NCBI GenBank assembly: GCA_003151815.1 | Contig: PLYN01000024.1 | Span: 19,917 to 83,916, forward strand | DNA length: 64,000 bases | DNA from: Bacteroidota bacterium | Lineage (GTDB): Bacteria; Bacteroidota; Bacteroidia; 2-12-FULL-35-15 | Direction: 5' to 3' | In this document: positions 43,030-52,574 of the stretch, piece by piece | How the letters are laid out: each line of letters starts with the position of its first letter | Numbering within the stretch: the stretch's first letter is position 1 | The notes under the pieces: model-generated | What the model was told of the DNA's origin: nothing | Database searches by the model: none | What the model saw: the letters and a program-made list of their open reading frames with translations, nothing else | Position numbers and translations under genes: made by a program

Positions 43030-43470
43030 TTAATTTAAATCACCTTCAACAAGTTTTTTCAAACCTTCTAATATTTTATCCCAACCTTTCTGAGATCTTT
43101 GAAATCTTTTTTCTGCCCCTTCTCCTATACCAATGTCATCTGTAATAGATAAGGTAGTTACTCCGTTTTCATAAATTAATTCGTCAGTTACTGTAGAAAA
43201 GTTGGACGAATTATCACTACTTCCACCATTCTTTAAAATGTATTGTAAAAGCTTTTCAGGTTCTATTTTTACTATTTTACCCTTCATTTCTATTTTTTTT
43301 ATTAGAAATATTTTCCCTTTAAAGGTGATAGAACTTCCTGCTTTCCATTCGGAAAAAACTTCACAATTAAAAAAATATTTCTTTGTCTTTTCCGGGTTGG
43401 TAAGTGCATCCCAAACTTGGGAAGGCTTTGCCTTAATGGCTACTTTTTTCTTTACAATAAATTCATTCAT
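43030..43470 (-). CDS. SRPBCC/AHSA1-like domain protein
   Basis: I.A.P..VWDALT.PE, W..GS.I, GW..IL..LK.LVE. Confidence 0.85.
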   Translation of the reverse strand: MNEFIVKKKVAIKAKPSQVWDALTNPEKTKKYFFNCEVFSEWKAGSSITFKGKIFLIKKIEMKGKIVKIEPEKLLQYILKNGGSSDNSSNFSTVTDELIYENGVTTLSITDDIGIGEGAEKRFQRSQKGWDKILEGLKKLVEGDLN

Positions 43471-43519
43471 AACATTCCGGGATTAATAATTTTAATATTT
43501 GGGTCATTGACCGCAATTC

Positions 43520-45502
43520 TTATTCCAAAATAAGTTTTTTGGTTGTTGAACTCGTTGTAGATTGTATGGTTAGAAAATAAATTCCGGGTTCTTTGTCTGA
43601 AATGTCAATAGTAGATTGTCCGATTGGTAAATTGGATGAATACACTTTTTCTCCAAGAAGATTTTTTATTTCAATGGAAGAAATTTTTTCCGAACACTTG
43701 ACAGTAAATTTTCCGGAAGAAGGATTAGGGTAAATTGTTATTTGTTCATTTTTTGATGCTAACTGATTTATCCCTGTTACTGCTTGATTGGTAGTATTAC
43801 TATGCGATTTTAAATAAGTGTTTTGTGTTCTTATTGGCGTACAATTAAAACCAAACGCATCTATGCGCCAATTGCCATTAGGATAATTTGCATAGTTAGG
43901 GTCTGTACTTGAAAGACCTGTTGTATTTACCAATACATGCCAGTTGCCGGTATTATTATCATCTCTTAAAAATGAATATCCTGTTATTGGATTTGTTTGT
44001 CCGCTTTCAACTGCATAGGCATTCCAAGAAAAATTAGAACCGCTTTTCTGAACAAACATTGATTGATGATAAGGGCTTTGTGTGCCAATATTTCCGCAGG
44101 TATCTCGTATCGCTAATTTATATAACCAACTCGAATATTTTGGATTTCCACCATTAGGTCCGCCAACACTTAATGCAGTATCAGTAAATTCACTTAAAGA
44201 ATTTTTACTTACCGAGCCGATGCGTAAATAGTTTGAAGTAATTGCATCCTTCCTATACACAATAAAACTATCAACATTGTTGTACGGAGTTTTATCCCAA
44301 GTAATCATATTGTAATTATAATTAGAAACGCTGTCAGTTGTTACCATGCAAATATTGGGAACTGCCGGCGAGTAATTCAAAATACCACAGCCCGTACAAG
44401 CAGGAGTAACAACATTTAATAATACCGATATTTTGCTACTGTTTTCGTTAGCTGTTGCTAAATCAGGCTTTCCATCTCCGTTAAAGTCTGCGCTTAAAAT
44501 TGCCCATGGATTAGAATCAGTAGTAAAGGTATAGGCTGCACTAAAACTGCCTGTACCACTGCCTAGCATTACTGATACGCTGTTGTTACCAACATCAGCT
44601 ATAGCTAAATCTGATTTTCCATCCGAATTAAAATCTGCACTAATAACTGACCAAGGCATACTACCTGCCGGATAACTAATAGCAGGATTAAATAAACCAC
44701 TTGCTCCTTTGCTTAACAAGACGGATACATCATTTGAATTAGTATTTGAAACTGCTATATCTGCAAAACCATCTGCGTTAAAATCTTTGCTGCAAATGGA
44801 AATAAGCTCGGCACCGGCTTTATATTCAATAGCTGTTCCAAAACTTCCGGAACCGTTTCCAAGCAATACCCACAGACTATCATAATTAGATGTTGCTATA
44901 TCAACTTTACTGTCTCCGTTAAAATCTCCACTAGTTATAGCCCACAAACCCAAAGAGCCTGCAAAAAAATCAGCGTGAGTACTAAAGTTTCCCGCTCCAT
45001 CCCCTAATAAAATAGAGATGATACCCGGATTTCCACTATTAGCTGTTGCCAAATCAGTTTTACCATCTCCGTTAAAATCTGCGCTACAAATAGACGAAGG
45101 AGAACTACTAACAACAAAACTATTTGTGGTGGGAAAACCACCGCTACCATCACCATACAAAACCTTAACAGAGCCTGGATTGCCATACGCCAAATCGGCT
45201 TTTCCATCATTATTAAAATCAGAACTAATCATACATGATTCATATGAAGGGGGTAAACCAAAGCCGGGTGCATAAGCAATATTTGCAACCCCGAAACTTC
45301 CTTGTCCGTCTCCAATTAACATATATAAACCATTAATATTATAACTGGCTACTACCAAATCAAGTTTTCCGTCACTGTTAAAATCTGCACAAGCAATTAT
45401 TGTACTATCAACGCCAACAGGAAAATTTGTAGATGTAAAGCACACTTGCGCGCTTAATTGTTTGATGCAAATAATTAAAATAATAAATAATATTTTTCTC
45501 AT
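43520..45502 (-). CDS. FG-GAP/VCBS-repeat protein with T9SS CTD
   Basis: Seven 'DFNxDGKxD' type repeats; YPNP CTD. Confidence 0.85.
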   Translation of the reverse strand: MRKILFIILIICIKQLSAQVCFTSTNFPVGVDSTIIACADFNSDGKLDLVVASYNINGLYMLIGDGQGSFGVANIAYAPGFGLPPSYESCMISSDFNNDGKADLAYGNPGSVKVLYGDGSGGFPTTNSFVVSSSPSSICSADFNGDGKTDLATANSGNPGIISILLGDGAGNFSTHADFFAGSLGLWAITSGDFNGDSKVDIATSNYDSLWVLLGNGSGSFGTAIEYKAGAELISICSKDFNADGFADIAVSNTNSNDVSVLLSKGASGLFNPAISYPAGSMPWSVISADFNSDGKSDLAIADVGNNSVSVMLGSGTGSFSAAYTFTTDSNPWAILSADFNGDGKPDLATANENSSKISVLLNVVTPACTGCGILNYSPAVPNICMVTTDSVSNYNYNMITWDKTPYNNVDSFIVYRKDAITSNYLRIGSVSKNSLSEFTDTALSVGGPNGGNPKYSSWLYKLAIRDTCGNIGTQSPYHQSMFVQKSGSNFSWNAYAVESGQTNPITGYSFLRDDNNTGNWHVLVNTTGLSSTDPNYANYPNGNWRIDAFGFNCTPIRTQNTYLKSHSNTTNQAVTGINQLASKNEQITIYPNPSSGKFTVKCSEKISSIEIKNLLGEKVYSSNLPIGQSTIDISDKEPGIYFLTIQSTTSSTTKKLILE

Positions 45503-45549
45503 GGTATTTGAATTTAGGATTTATTAAAGGTAAAATATTAATGAACAAA

Positions 45550-45603
45550 ATGACACGAATTTCACAAATCTTTATTTTTTAAAATTCGTGAAATTCGTGT
45601 CAT
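45550..45603. repeat. Imperfect intergenic palindrome (second family)
   Basis: ATGACACGAATTTCACaAAT...ATTcGTGAAATTCGTGTCAT. Confidence 0.7.
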
Positions 45604-45610
45604 AATAAAA

Positions 45611-47086
45611 CTATTCCAGAATAAGTTTTTTTGTTGTTAAATTAGTTGCCGATTGTATGGTGAGAAAATAAATACCGGGTTCTTTACCATTTAAATCAAT
45701 ACTTCTACTGTCAACCTGGTTGGAAGTATTTATTGTTTGTGAAAATACTTCCTGACCCATTGCATTTTGAATTTTTAATATTGATGCGGTAAGGTCGCCG
45801 CTCAAATCAATTTTAACGATTCCGTTACTAGGATTGGGATAAAAATTAATTATGTTATTTAAAGCCAATTCTTCCATATACGTTGGTACAACCTGTGGTT
45901 CAAAATTACCCGAAGAATTTATTTTAACAAGCATCACTTGCCAATCATCTACAGCGTTTCTGCTATGGCCAACTGCAATGTATCCTCCATCGGGAGTTTG
46001 TCTTGCTGAATAGCAATGGTTGTGATAAGCGCTTCCAAAATGCCTTGTCCATGTTGTATCGCCGGAAGCATCAAGTTTAAGTAACCACATTTGAGGATTA
46101 ATCCAGCCGAAACTCCTGCTTATTGCTCCAACAATATATCCTCCATCAGAAGTAGGTTGAATCATTTTGCAAATATCTTTTAGGTTTCCGCCATATGATT
46201 TATTATTCCAAAGAATTGTTCCCGAAGCATCAATTTTCATTATGCGGACATCCGAATCACGTGTCCCTGAACTGTCATCCATCCCTATTGTATAGCTTCC
46301 GTCAGTATTAGCCAGTATAAATTTTCCTTCATATGAGTCAGGTCCTCCATAAGTTTTGGTCCAAACAGTATCTCCCAAAGAATTAGTTTTTACCAGATAC
46401 ATTTTAGAAACTGAATTAATACCAGGTGCTGTTTTTCCTGCCAAAATAAATCCACCATCCAAACACTTTCTTACGGATCTGCAGGATTCATAAGTTGTTG
46501 GATAGCCATAATTTTTGGTCCAGATCATTACACCGGCAGTATCAATTTTTATTAATTCCATGTCGGTATTTGCCAAATTTAAACTATTGGAAGTGCTGTT
46601 GATCACATAGTTTCCATCATCTGTTGCCAGGATTTCTTGTCCATCTTCATTTCCCGGACCACCATAAGTTTTACTCCATATAAGATCTCCTGAAGGATTT
46701 ATTTTTATAAGATAAATATCTTGATCTCCTCCTCCATAACTTTGTGAAAATCCAACAATAAAATAATTACCATCATTACTTTTAAGGATGCAATTTGGAT
46801 ATTCCGGCTTGGAACCACCATATGTTTTTATCCAAAGTGTATTGCCTACACTATCCGTTTTCATTATTCTAACGTCCGTATCATTTACAATATTATTCTC
46901 GGTGGTCGCAACAATAATATATCCTCCATCGGAAGTAGGTAACACATCTTTACCACTTTGTTGTATTTGTACGGTTGTTGGATAAATTTTATCGAAAGTT
47001 GTGACTTGCCCATTCATCAATAAAGGAAAACCTTGGAGGATGAAAATAAATAGAGACAAATAGCTGATTTTGTAATTGTTTTTCAT
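45611..47086 (-). CDS. T9SS-secreted beta-propeller protein
   Basis: Repeated 'T.DGGY...KxD..G...W.KTYGG' blades; YPNP CTD. Confidence 0.8.
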   Translation of the reverse strand: MKNNYKISYLSLFIFILQGFPLLMNGQVTTFDKIYPTTVQIQQSGKDVLPTSDGGYIIVATTENNIVNDTDVRIMKTDSVGNTLWIKTYGGSKPEYPNCILKSNDGNYFIVGFSQSYGGGDQDIYLIKINPSGDLIWSKTYGGPGNEDGQEILATDDGNYVINSTSNSLNLANTDMELIKIDTAGVMIWTKNYGYPTTYESCRSVRKCLDGGFILAGKTAPGINSVSKMYLVKTNSLGDTVWTKTYGGPDSYEGKFILANTDGSYTIGMDDSSGTRDSDVRIMKIDASGTILWNNKSYGGNLKDICKMIQPTSDGGYIVGAISRSFGWINPQMWLLKLDASGDTTWTRHFGSAYHNHCYSARQTPDGGYIAVGHSRNAVDDWQVMLVKINSSGNFEPQVVPTYMEELALNNIINFYPNPSNGIVKIDLSGDLTASILKIQNAMGQEVFSQTINTSNQVDSRSIDLNGKEPGIYFLTIQSATNLTTKKLILE

Positions 47087-47154
47087 TGTTGTAATATTTG
47101 TTAAGTATGATTTTTTTTAATTCGGTATTATTTATTTAAATACATTTCTAAGCC

Positions 47155-47252
47155 ATCACACATTCTCGACTCCGCTCGAACTGACAGCGCACTGTTTGTT
47201 CTAACGATATGCATGTGTGTTGTCAGTTCGAGCGGAGTCGAGAACGTGTGAT
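47155..47252. repeat. REP-like long palindrome (copy 4)
   Basis: ATCACACATTCTCGACTCCGCTCGAACTGACAGCGCAC...GTGTGTTGTCAGTTCGAGCGGAGTCGAGAACGTGTGAT. Confidence 0.85.
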
Positions 47253-47296
47253 AGTATTTGATTAAAAAATTTTATAAATAAAATTTAAACTGTTTA

Positions 47297-49285
47297 TTAT
47301 TGAATAATTATTTTGCTTCTAAAGTTGGTATGTTCTCCATTAATAGCAATAAAATAAATTCCGGTTTCCAGTATCGACAGATCAATATTTATAATTGACG
47401 GTGATATATTTATTCTTTTTGCAACTGTTTCGCCAACACTATTAACGATTATTAATGCAATTTGTTGATCTGTTATATTACTAAGATCAATGCTAAGGCT
47501 ACCATTGCTGGGGTTTGGATAGATGTTAATATTTGTTGTTGTGCTTATTTCCGGAATGGAAACTCTTATTGTTCCGACTGCAAAATTCCAAGTTGTAGCA
47601 TCAGTAATACCTGCGTAATTATTATTTGCCATATCCGTAAATACACCGGCAGCCATTTCTACATTTACAGATGCTCCATTTGTAAAATCAGCAGAATTAA
47701 TGGTTACAGTATTTCCTGATACAGTAACATTTGTTCCTGCAACGGGAATTGTTTGTGTAACAACTCCTGATTCTTTAATAATAATATTACCTGTTCCTTT
47801 TTGTATAGCTTCGTTAAAAGTAATTACCAGATTAGAATTAATACCGACGTTCGTACTGTTATCAGCTGGGCTGAATGTAATTGCTGACGGAGCCGTTACG
47901 TCCGGCCCTTGCGTAATTTTAGTTATAAAAACATCTGTATGCGCATAAGGAGCGAGAGTTGTGCTTCCAAAAGTTCCGCCGCTTAACAAACTTCCTGTGG
48001 CATAAACATTACCGGATGCTTCTGCACAAATTGCATTGCCCGATTCGTATCCGAGTGTTTCTACAGTATCAGCAGGACCGATAACAGAAGTAGCCCACAT
48101 GAAAGTACCTGTATTGCTTATTTTAGCCATAAAAATATCGGAACTATCCACTGCCGTTAAGCTGGTAGTACCAAAAGCCGCAGTTCCACCAAATTGCCCG
48201 GTGATGTAAAGATTAGTACCATCGCAACCAATACCTCTTGCTCTTGTAAGTTGATTACCTCCTGCAGGTGTTGTCCATTGTACATTTCCACTCGCATCAT
48301 AGCATGCAACAAATGCTTCAGCTTGCCCCGAAGTAGTTAAATAAATAGAACCAAAACCTGCGTAAGCATTGAATTCTCCAGCGACGTATATCTTGCCGGC
48401 ATTATCCATAGTTAATGACCAGGCTACATCATCGTAATCACCACCGGCAGTTTTAACCCATGTTAATGTTCCATCAGGAGCATATTTTGCTAAAAAAGTA
48501 TTAAAAAATCCACCGGGACTGGTTAAAGTTTGTGTACCAAAAACGCAGCCATCGGTATATAATCCGCAGACATAAACATTTCCTGCTGCATCGCATTGAA
48601 TTCCTTTTGCTTCATCTCTTCCTGCGCTACCTGCTTGCTGCACCCACAGAAAATTTCCATCCTTATCATACTTAGCCACAAACATATCATTGTTGCCCAT
48701 GTTGCCTAAAATCATTGTTGAACCAAACCAAGCTGTGTCATTAAAAAAACCAGCTATGTAAACATTTCCTGAATTATCATAAGCAACTGCCTGCGCTTTA
48801 TCATTCTGATAACCTCCGGCGCTTCTTGCCCACAGCAAAGTTCCGTTTAGATCATACTTAGCAATGAATGCATCATTTGATGATTTGCACGTGAGTGTAA
48901 TCAACGGCGATGATCCGATGAATTTAATAATGCTGTCGGTTCCTTCAATTTCACCTGATACATATAAATCCGATCCATCACATGCAATCGCATGAGCATA
49001 ATCACCTAAGCCGGCTCCTGCTGTTCTTATCCAATTTAACGTACCCGTTGAGCTATATTGCGCTACATAAATGTCGTGATTACCTTGGCAAGGCAAAGTA
49101 GTTCCGCTAAAAATTGCATTCTGTTCATACTTTCCGGCAACATAAACATTTCCTGTATTATCAGTAGTGATTCCATACCCATAATCGTATTCATACAATC
49201 CTTCTCTTTTTGCCCAATTAAATTGTTGCGCATCGACGTTAATAAATAATAAATTTAATAACAGTAATAAGTATACTTTTTTCAT
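47297..49285 (-). CDS. SBBP-repeat beta-propeller with Ig-like (Big_5/SbsA-like) domain and T9SS CTD
   Basis: 'D..GNVYVAG.F...D.FVAKYD..G...W' repeats; 'SPADNSTNV...LVITFNEAI' Ig domain; YPNP CTD. Confidence 0.8.
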   Translation of the reverse strand: MKKVYLLLLLNLLFINVDAQQFNWAKREGLYEYDYGYGITTDNTGNVYVAGKYEQNAIFSGTTLPCQGNHDIYVAQYSSTGTLNWIRTAGAGLGDYAHAIACDGSDLYVSGEIEGTDSIIKFIGSSPLITLTCKSSNDAFIAKYDLNGTLLWARSAGGYQNDKAQAVAYDNSGNVYIAGFFNDTAWFGSTMILGNMGNNDMFVAKYDKDGNFLWVQQAGSAGRDEAKGIQCDAAGNVYVCGLYTDGCVFGTQTLTSPGGFFNTFLAKYAPDGTLTWVKTAGGDYDDVAWSLTMDNAGKIYVAGEFNAYAGFGSIYLTTSGQAEAFVACYDASGNVQWTTPAGGNQLTRARGIGCDGTNLYITGQFGGTAAFGTTSLTAVDSSDIFMAKISNTGTFMWATSVIGPADTVETLGYESGNAICAEASGNVYATGSLLSGGTFGSTTLAPYAHTDVFITKITQGPDVTAPSAITFSPADNSTNVGINSNLVITFNEAIQKGTGNIIIKESGVVTQTIPVAGTNVTVSGNTVTINSADFTNGASVNVEMAAGVFTDMANNNYAGITDATTWNFAVGTIRVSIPEISTTTNINIYPNPSNGSLSIDLSNITDQQIALIIVNSVGETVAKRINISPSIINIDLSILETGIYFIAINGEHTNFRSKIIIQ

Positions 49286-49368
49286 GTTAGTTTTTTTTAT
49301 TTGTGATTAATTAATAATTTTTCTTTTTAATTTGTTCTTTATCATCCGAAAATCAGAAGATAAATTTA

Positions 49369-49575
49369 TTACTTTTTACCTGTGGCAATTATTACAACAC
49401 CACCTGCTAATAGTATTGCCCCAACGATTGGAGACCATTGAACGGGATGGTCTTTTTCCTTATTTATTTTTATAGGACCCAAGTCAACCACTTTTTCAGT
49501 GGTTACATAATTAAAGCCCGTATATATCATCATTAATACTCCAATTACGATAATTACTATTCCAATATTTCTCAT
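49369..49575 (-). CDS. Small two-TM membrane protein
   Basis: 68 aa with two hydrophobic helices around TEKVVDLGPIKI..WSP. Confidence 0.75.
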   Translation of the reverse strand: MRNIGIVIIVIGVLMMIYTGFNYVTTEKVVDLGPIKINKEKDHPVQWSPIVGAILLAGGVVIIATGKK

Positions 49576-49809
49576 TTGTATTTTGTATTTTTAAAATTAT
49601 TTGATCAGCAAAATGACACAAATTCAATTATTGCCTATTCATAAATTGTATTTTCCTTTCGGATAAAAATTGCCACAAAGTCCGATAGCTTTCTGTTCTG
49701 GTTTTAAAGATTTCTATTATTAATCTTTCTTATATTGAGCGTTAACCAGCGGACTTTATGCCAAAAAAACTATATCGTTTTTTAAAATTTGATCTTGTTT
49801 AATAATAAA

Positions 49810-50697
49810 TTAACCTTTCACTATTACTAAATATTTTGATTCACTCCAGAATTTTTCAGGATTTGTAATAATTAAGTTTTTAATTAAATCTTTATCCTTT
49901 GCGTCTTTTTCCAAAGTATATGAATCGCTTGGGTGAGAAGTAACGATTTTAACACCATCGTGATTAATAGCGATCTTCCCTACTTGAGTATAGTCAATTA
50001 CAATAAACTTGCTTTTATCTAAGTTACTATTCAATTTAGAAGTTCTTCCAATACCAAGTAAACCGCCTTTCCTGTCAATTATTTTTGACTCCTGAAGATC
50101 TTTTGATTTTCCGATCACATAATAAGCAGTATGCAATGCAGCTGTTTCTTCACTAATGGTTTGCGATTTTGTAGCATTATCTAAGGTAAGTTTCTCCATA
50201 GAAGTTTGCAATTGCACAATTTCTAAATTTAGCTCAGTTAGCTTTTCATTCAATGTAGTAAGCTCAATAGTTTTTTGTTCAAGTTGAGTGTTGAGTTTAG
50301 AGATCATTGTTTCAAGTTCCTTATTTTTTCTTCCTGAACGTTTCAATTTTTTATTCAAGCCGGCAATCGTTTTGCGATTTTGATCCATAAGACTATTGAT
50401 CGTTTCAATTTGAGTGGTGATGCGGATCTTTTGATTTGCTTTTGATTCAATACCTGACTTACCTGAATTAGCACTGATCATTTGTTGTTTAGCTGTAATG
50501 GAATCCAGATTGCGTTCTACATCTTTGAAATAAGAAATATAATCGCTGATAGATGAATCTCTTTCTATAAGTGAAGAGTTTTGTTCATTTACAATTGCTT
50601 GTAACGAATCTTTTTGATGATTTGACTGATCAAGCGCTGCTTGGTTACATGATGCCATTAATATGGAGGCTGATGCAATAAAAATATAATTTTTCAT
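49810..50697 (-). CDS. Coiled-coil lipoprotein (Cbp1-like family)
   Basis: Lipobox MAS-C; long coiled coil; C-terminal YYVIG...GGLLGIG...HP..SY...P.KFWS.SKYLVI. Confidence 0.7.
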   Translation of the reverse strand: MKNYIFIASASILMASCNQAALDQSNHQKDSLQAIVNEQNSSLIERDSSISDYISYFKDVERNLDSITAKQQMISANSGKSGIESKANQKIRITTQIETINSLMDQNRKTIAGLNKKLKRSGRKNKELETMISKLNTQLEQKTIELTTLNEKLTELNLEIVQLQTSMEKLTLDNATKSQTISEETAALHTAYYVIGKSKDLQESKIIDRKGGLLGIGRTSKLNSNLDKSKFIVIDYTQVGKIAINHDGVKIVTSHPSDSYTLEKDAKDKDLIKNLIITNPEKFWSESKYLVIVKG

Positions 50698-50772
50698 AAT
50701 TTTTTTGGTTTTTTTTAAGTTTTTTGTTTTGTTTTTATTTTTATTTTTTTTGTTTTTAAATTATTATTCAAC

Positions 50773-51465
50773 TTATTCAGCTGCAAGTTTCTTACTTGTT
50801 GCCGGGGTAAATTTCTCAGGAAACTGTTTTACGATGCCATCACTAAGCATGTCTGACATTTTTAAAATTTCGTCATGTACTTTATCATAAGCAAGCACAT
50901 CGGCATCATAATTTTTTTTGATCCGTTGCATAATTTCATCCGTTGTTAGTTTAAGGTGATCAGCCATCATCATTTTCATGTCCGCCAATTTCCAATTAGG
51001 ATTAGCTTTACAAAGAAATTCCGCGATCTCGTTTGCGTTTTCATTCCATCTTATGTTAACTTCACCAACTGCAGTTTCATTACCTTCTTTAGCAACTTTA
51101 ATTACTTCGGCAGATATATTGATATGCGCATAAAGCAACTCTGTTAATTTTTTTCCGGCATCTTCACCATAATATGGTTTAATAGCATCTCCGATGCTAA
51201 CCTGATTTTGTAATAAACGTTTTACCGCTTGATCCGTTCCCGGAAGTTCATCTACCAGGCAAAGAATAACATTACGAGTCCATGTTACATGATCTTCCCA
51301 AAGTTTTCTCATATCCATTTTCAGAAGAACATTTGAAGTTGAGTTGTTCTTGATAGTTGTCTCCTTCATTTGTGCCATTGAGGGGTTTGAAAAAAGAACT
51401 ACAACCATCAATGTGATCGTAGATAATAATTTTGTAGTTTTTTTCATTTTAGTTGCGTTTAACAT
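50773..51465 (-). CDS. Exported all-helical protein with repeated His motifs (ferritin/hemerythrin-like fold suspected)
   Basis: Signal peptide SMA-Q; LWEDHVTWTR, LLYAHI, MMADHLKLT, VHDEI. Confidence 0.6.
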   Translation of the reverse strand: MLNATKMKKTTKLLSTITLMVVVLFSNPSMAQMKETTIKNNSTSNVLLKMDMRKLWEDHVTWTRNVILCLVDELPGTDQAVKRLLQNQVSIGDAIKPYYGEDAGKKLTELLYAHINISAEVIKVAKEGNETAVGEVNIRWNENANEIAEFLCKANPNWKLADMKMMMADHLKLTTDEIMQRIKKNYDADVLAYDKVHDEILKMSDMLSDGIVKQFPEKFTPATSKKLAAE

Positions 51466-51509
51466 CTTTAAGTTTTTAATTGTAAATGATACTATTTTGT
51501 TTTCGGATT

Positions 51510-51594
51510 CAAATGTATATTAGGAGTGTAGTTTATATGATTGATATTCGTTAAAGGAGGATATAAAATAGCCAAAAACGAAATCCGTATAGTT
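51510..51594 (-). promoter_or_regulatory. Island promoter P7
   Basis: Minus strand AACTATA (51594-51588), GGCTATT (51573-51567), AACGAAT (51552-51546), TACATTTG (51517-51510). Confidence 0.8.
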
Positions 51595-51708
51595 GTTGGT
51601 GGCATTCAATTCATTGAAAGCCCAGAATAAATATTTCTTGCTAATATTTTAATTGGAAAATTTTGAGGAGTTCAAATAGTCCAAATATTTATTAGGATTT
51701 CCCCTTTC

Positions 51709-51771
51709 AGCTATTTTTTATCCTCCTTTAACGAATATTAATTCCCAGAGAAAATTGTTGCGATATATTTG
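51709..51771 (+). promoter_or_regulatory. Island promoter P8 (dps-like gene)
   Basis: AGCTATT (51709), AACGAAT (51730), TATATTTG (51764-51771). Confidence 0.75.
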
Positions 51772-51857
51772 AATATAATTTTTTATAAGAATCTATTTAT
51801 AAAGAAAAATTTAAAAGCACTTTAAATTATTTTAATATTACAATAACAAAATTAATT

Positions 51858-52415
51858 ATGAAAAAAGTATCGGTCATCACCAGAAAATCTGTATCACATA
51901 ATATATATGTAACACCCAAAATCGAAACTGCTGAAAGGAAAATAGAATCTGTTACATTATTACTTTCAGCTTTATTGTCTAATGAAATTTCGCTTTATGT
52001 TAAGACAAGAAGATTTGATTGGAACGTTTCAAAAGTTAATAGCCTTGAAATGCATAAATTATTTCAATTTCAATATGTTCAACTTGAGAAATCGATTAAG
52101 GAAATAACCCAACGAATTAATAAATTAGGAAGCCGCTCTGTTAACACAATGAATGAAATATTAAGATTATCTCCAATTAATGAAGCGCCAAAACACTACC
52201 CGGGATCAAAGGGCATGATTAGAGATTTACTCGCCGATCATGAAACTGCGATTGCTAATTTGAGAAATGATATTGGCGTTATTTTCGAAAAATACAATGA
52301 TGCGGATACTGCTGATTTTCTTATATTCCGAATGGAAGCACATGAAGTAATGGCGCAATTTCTTAGAAGAGCCAATCTTTCACAAAGGAGTCTACCTGAT
52401 TACTTATATAATTAA
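51858..52415 (+). CDS. Dps-like ferritin-fold protein with degenerate ferroxidase ligands
   Basis: LYVKTRRFDWNV...MHKLF..QY..L...EITQRI..LG; MIRDLLADHE; D.DTADFL....E.HE. Confidence 0.75.
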   Translation: MKKVSVITRKSVSHNIYVTPKIETAERKIESVTLLLSALLSNEISLYVKTRRFDWNVSKVNSLEMHKLFQFQYVQLEKSIKEITQRINKLGSRSVNTMNEILRLSPINEAPKHYPGSKGMIRDLLADHETAIANLRNDIGVIFEKYNDADTADFLIFRMEAHEVMAQFLRRANLSQRSLPDYLYN

Positions 52416-52574
52416 GAATAATGTTGTGCTGATTCAAACAATGTCATTGTCTTAATAGTAAGATATATTTATTTCCTGAATAAGCCCTGTGTTAGTTGCA
52501 ATTGTAGGAACGCGCTTAACAAAACTTTTAACACAACGAATAAAGCTTTTAGAAATAATTTTTTAAAAAAAACT

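Noticed and set aside
36881-47252. Palindromes as integron attC sites or a CRISPR array
   Set aside because: No RYYYAAC/GTTRRRY core pairs and no integrase; no regular repeat-spacer array and no cas genes.
49576-49809. Motif-like words (TTTCGG, AATTGCC, GATAGCT) upstream of the 68-aa membrane protein
   Set aside because: The spacing is not 21 bp and there is no correctly placed -7 box.
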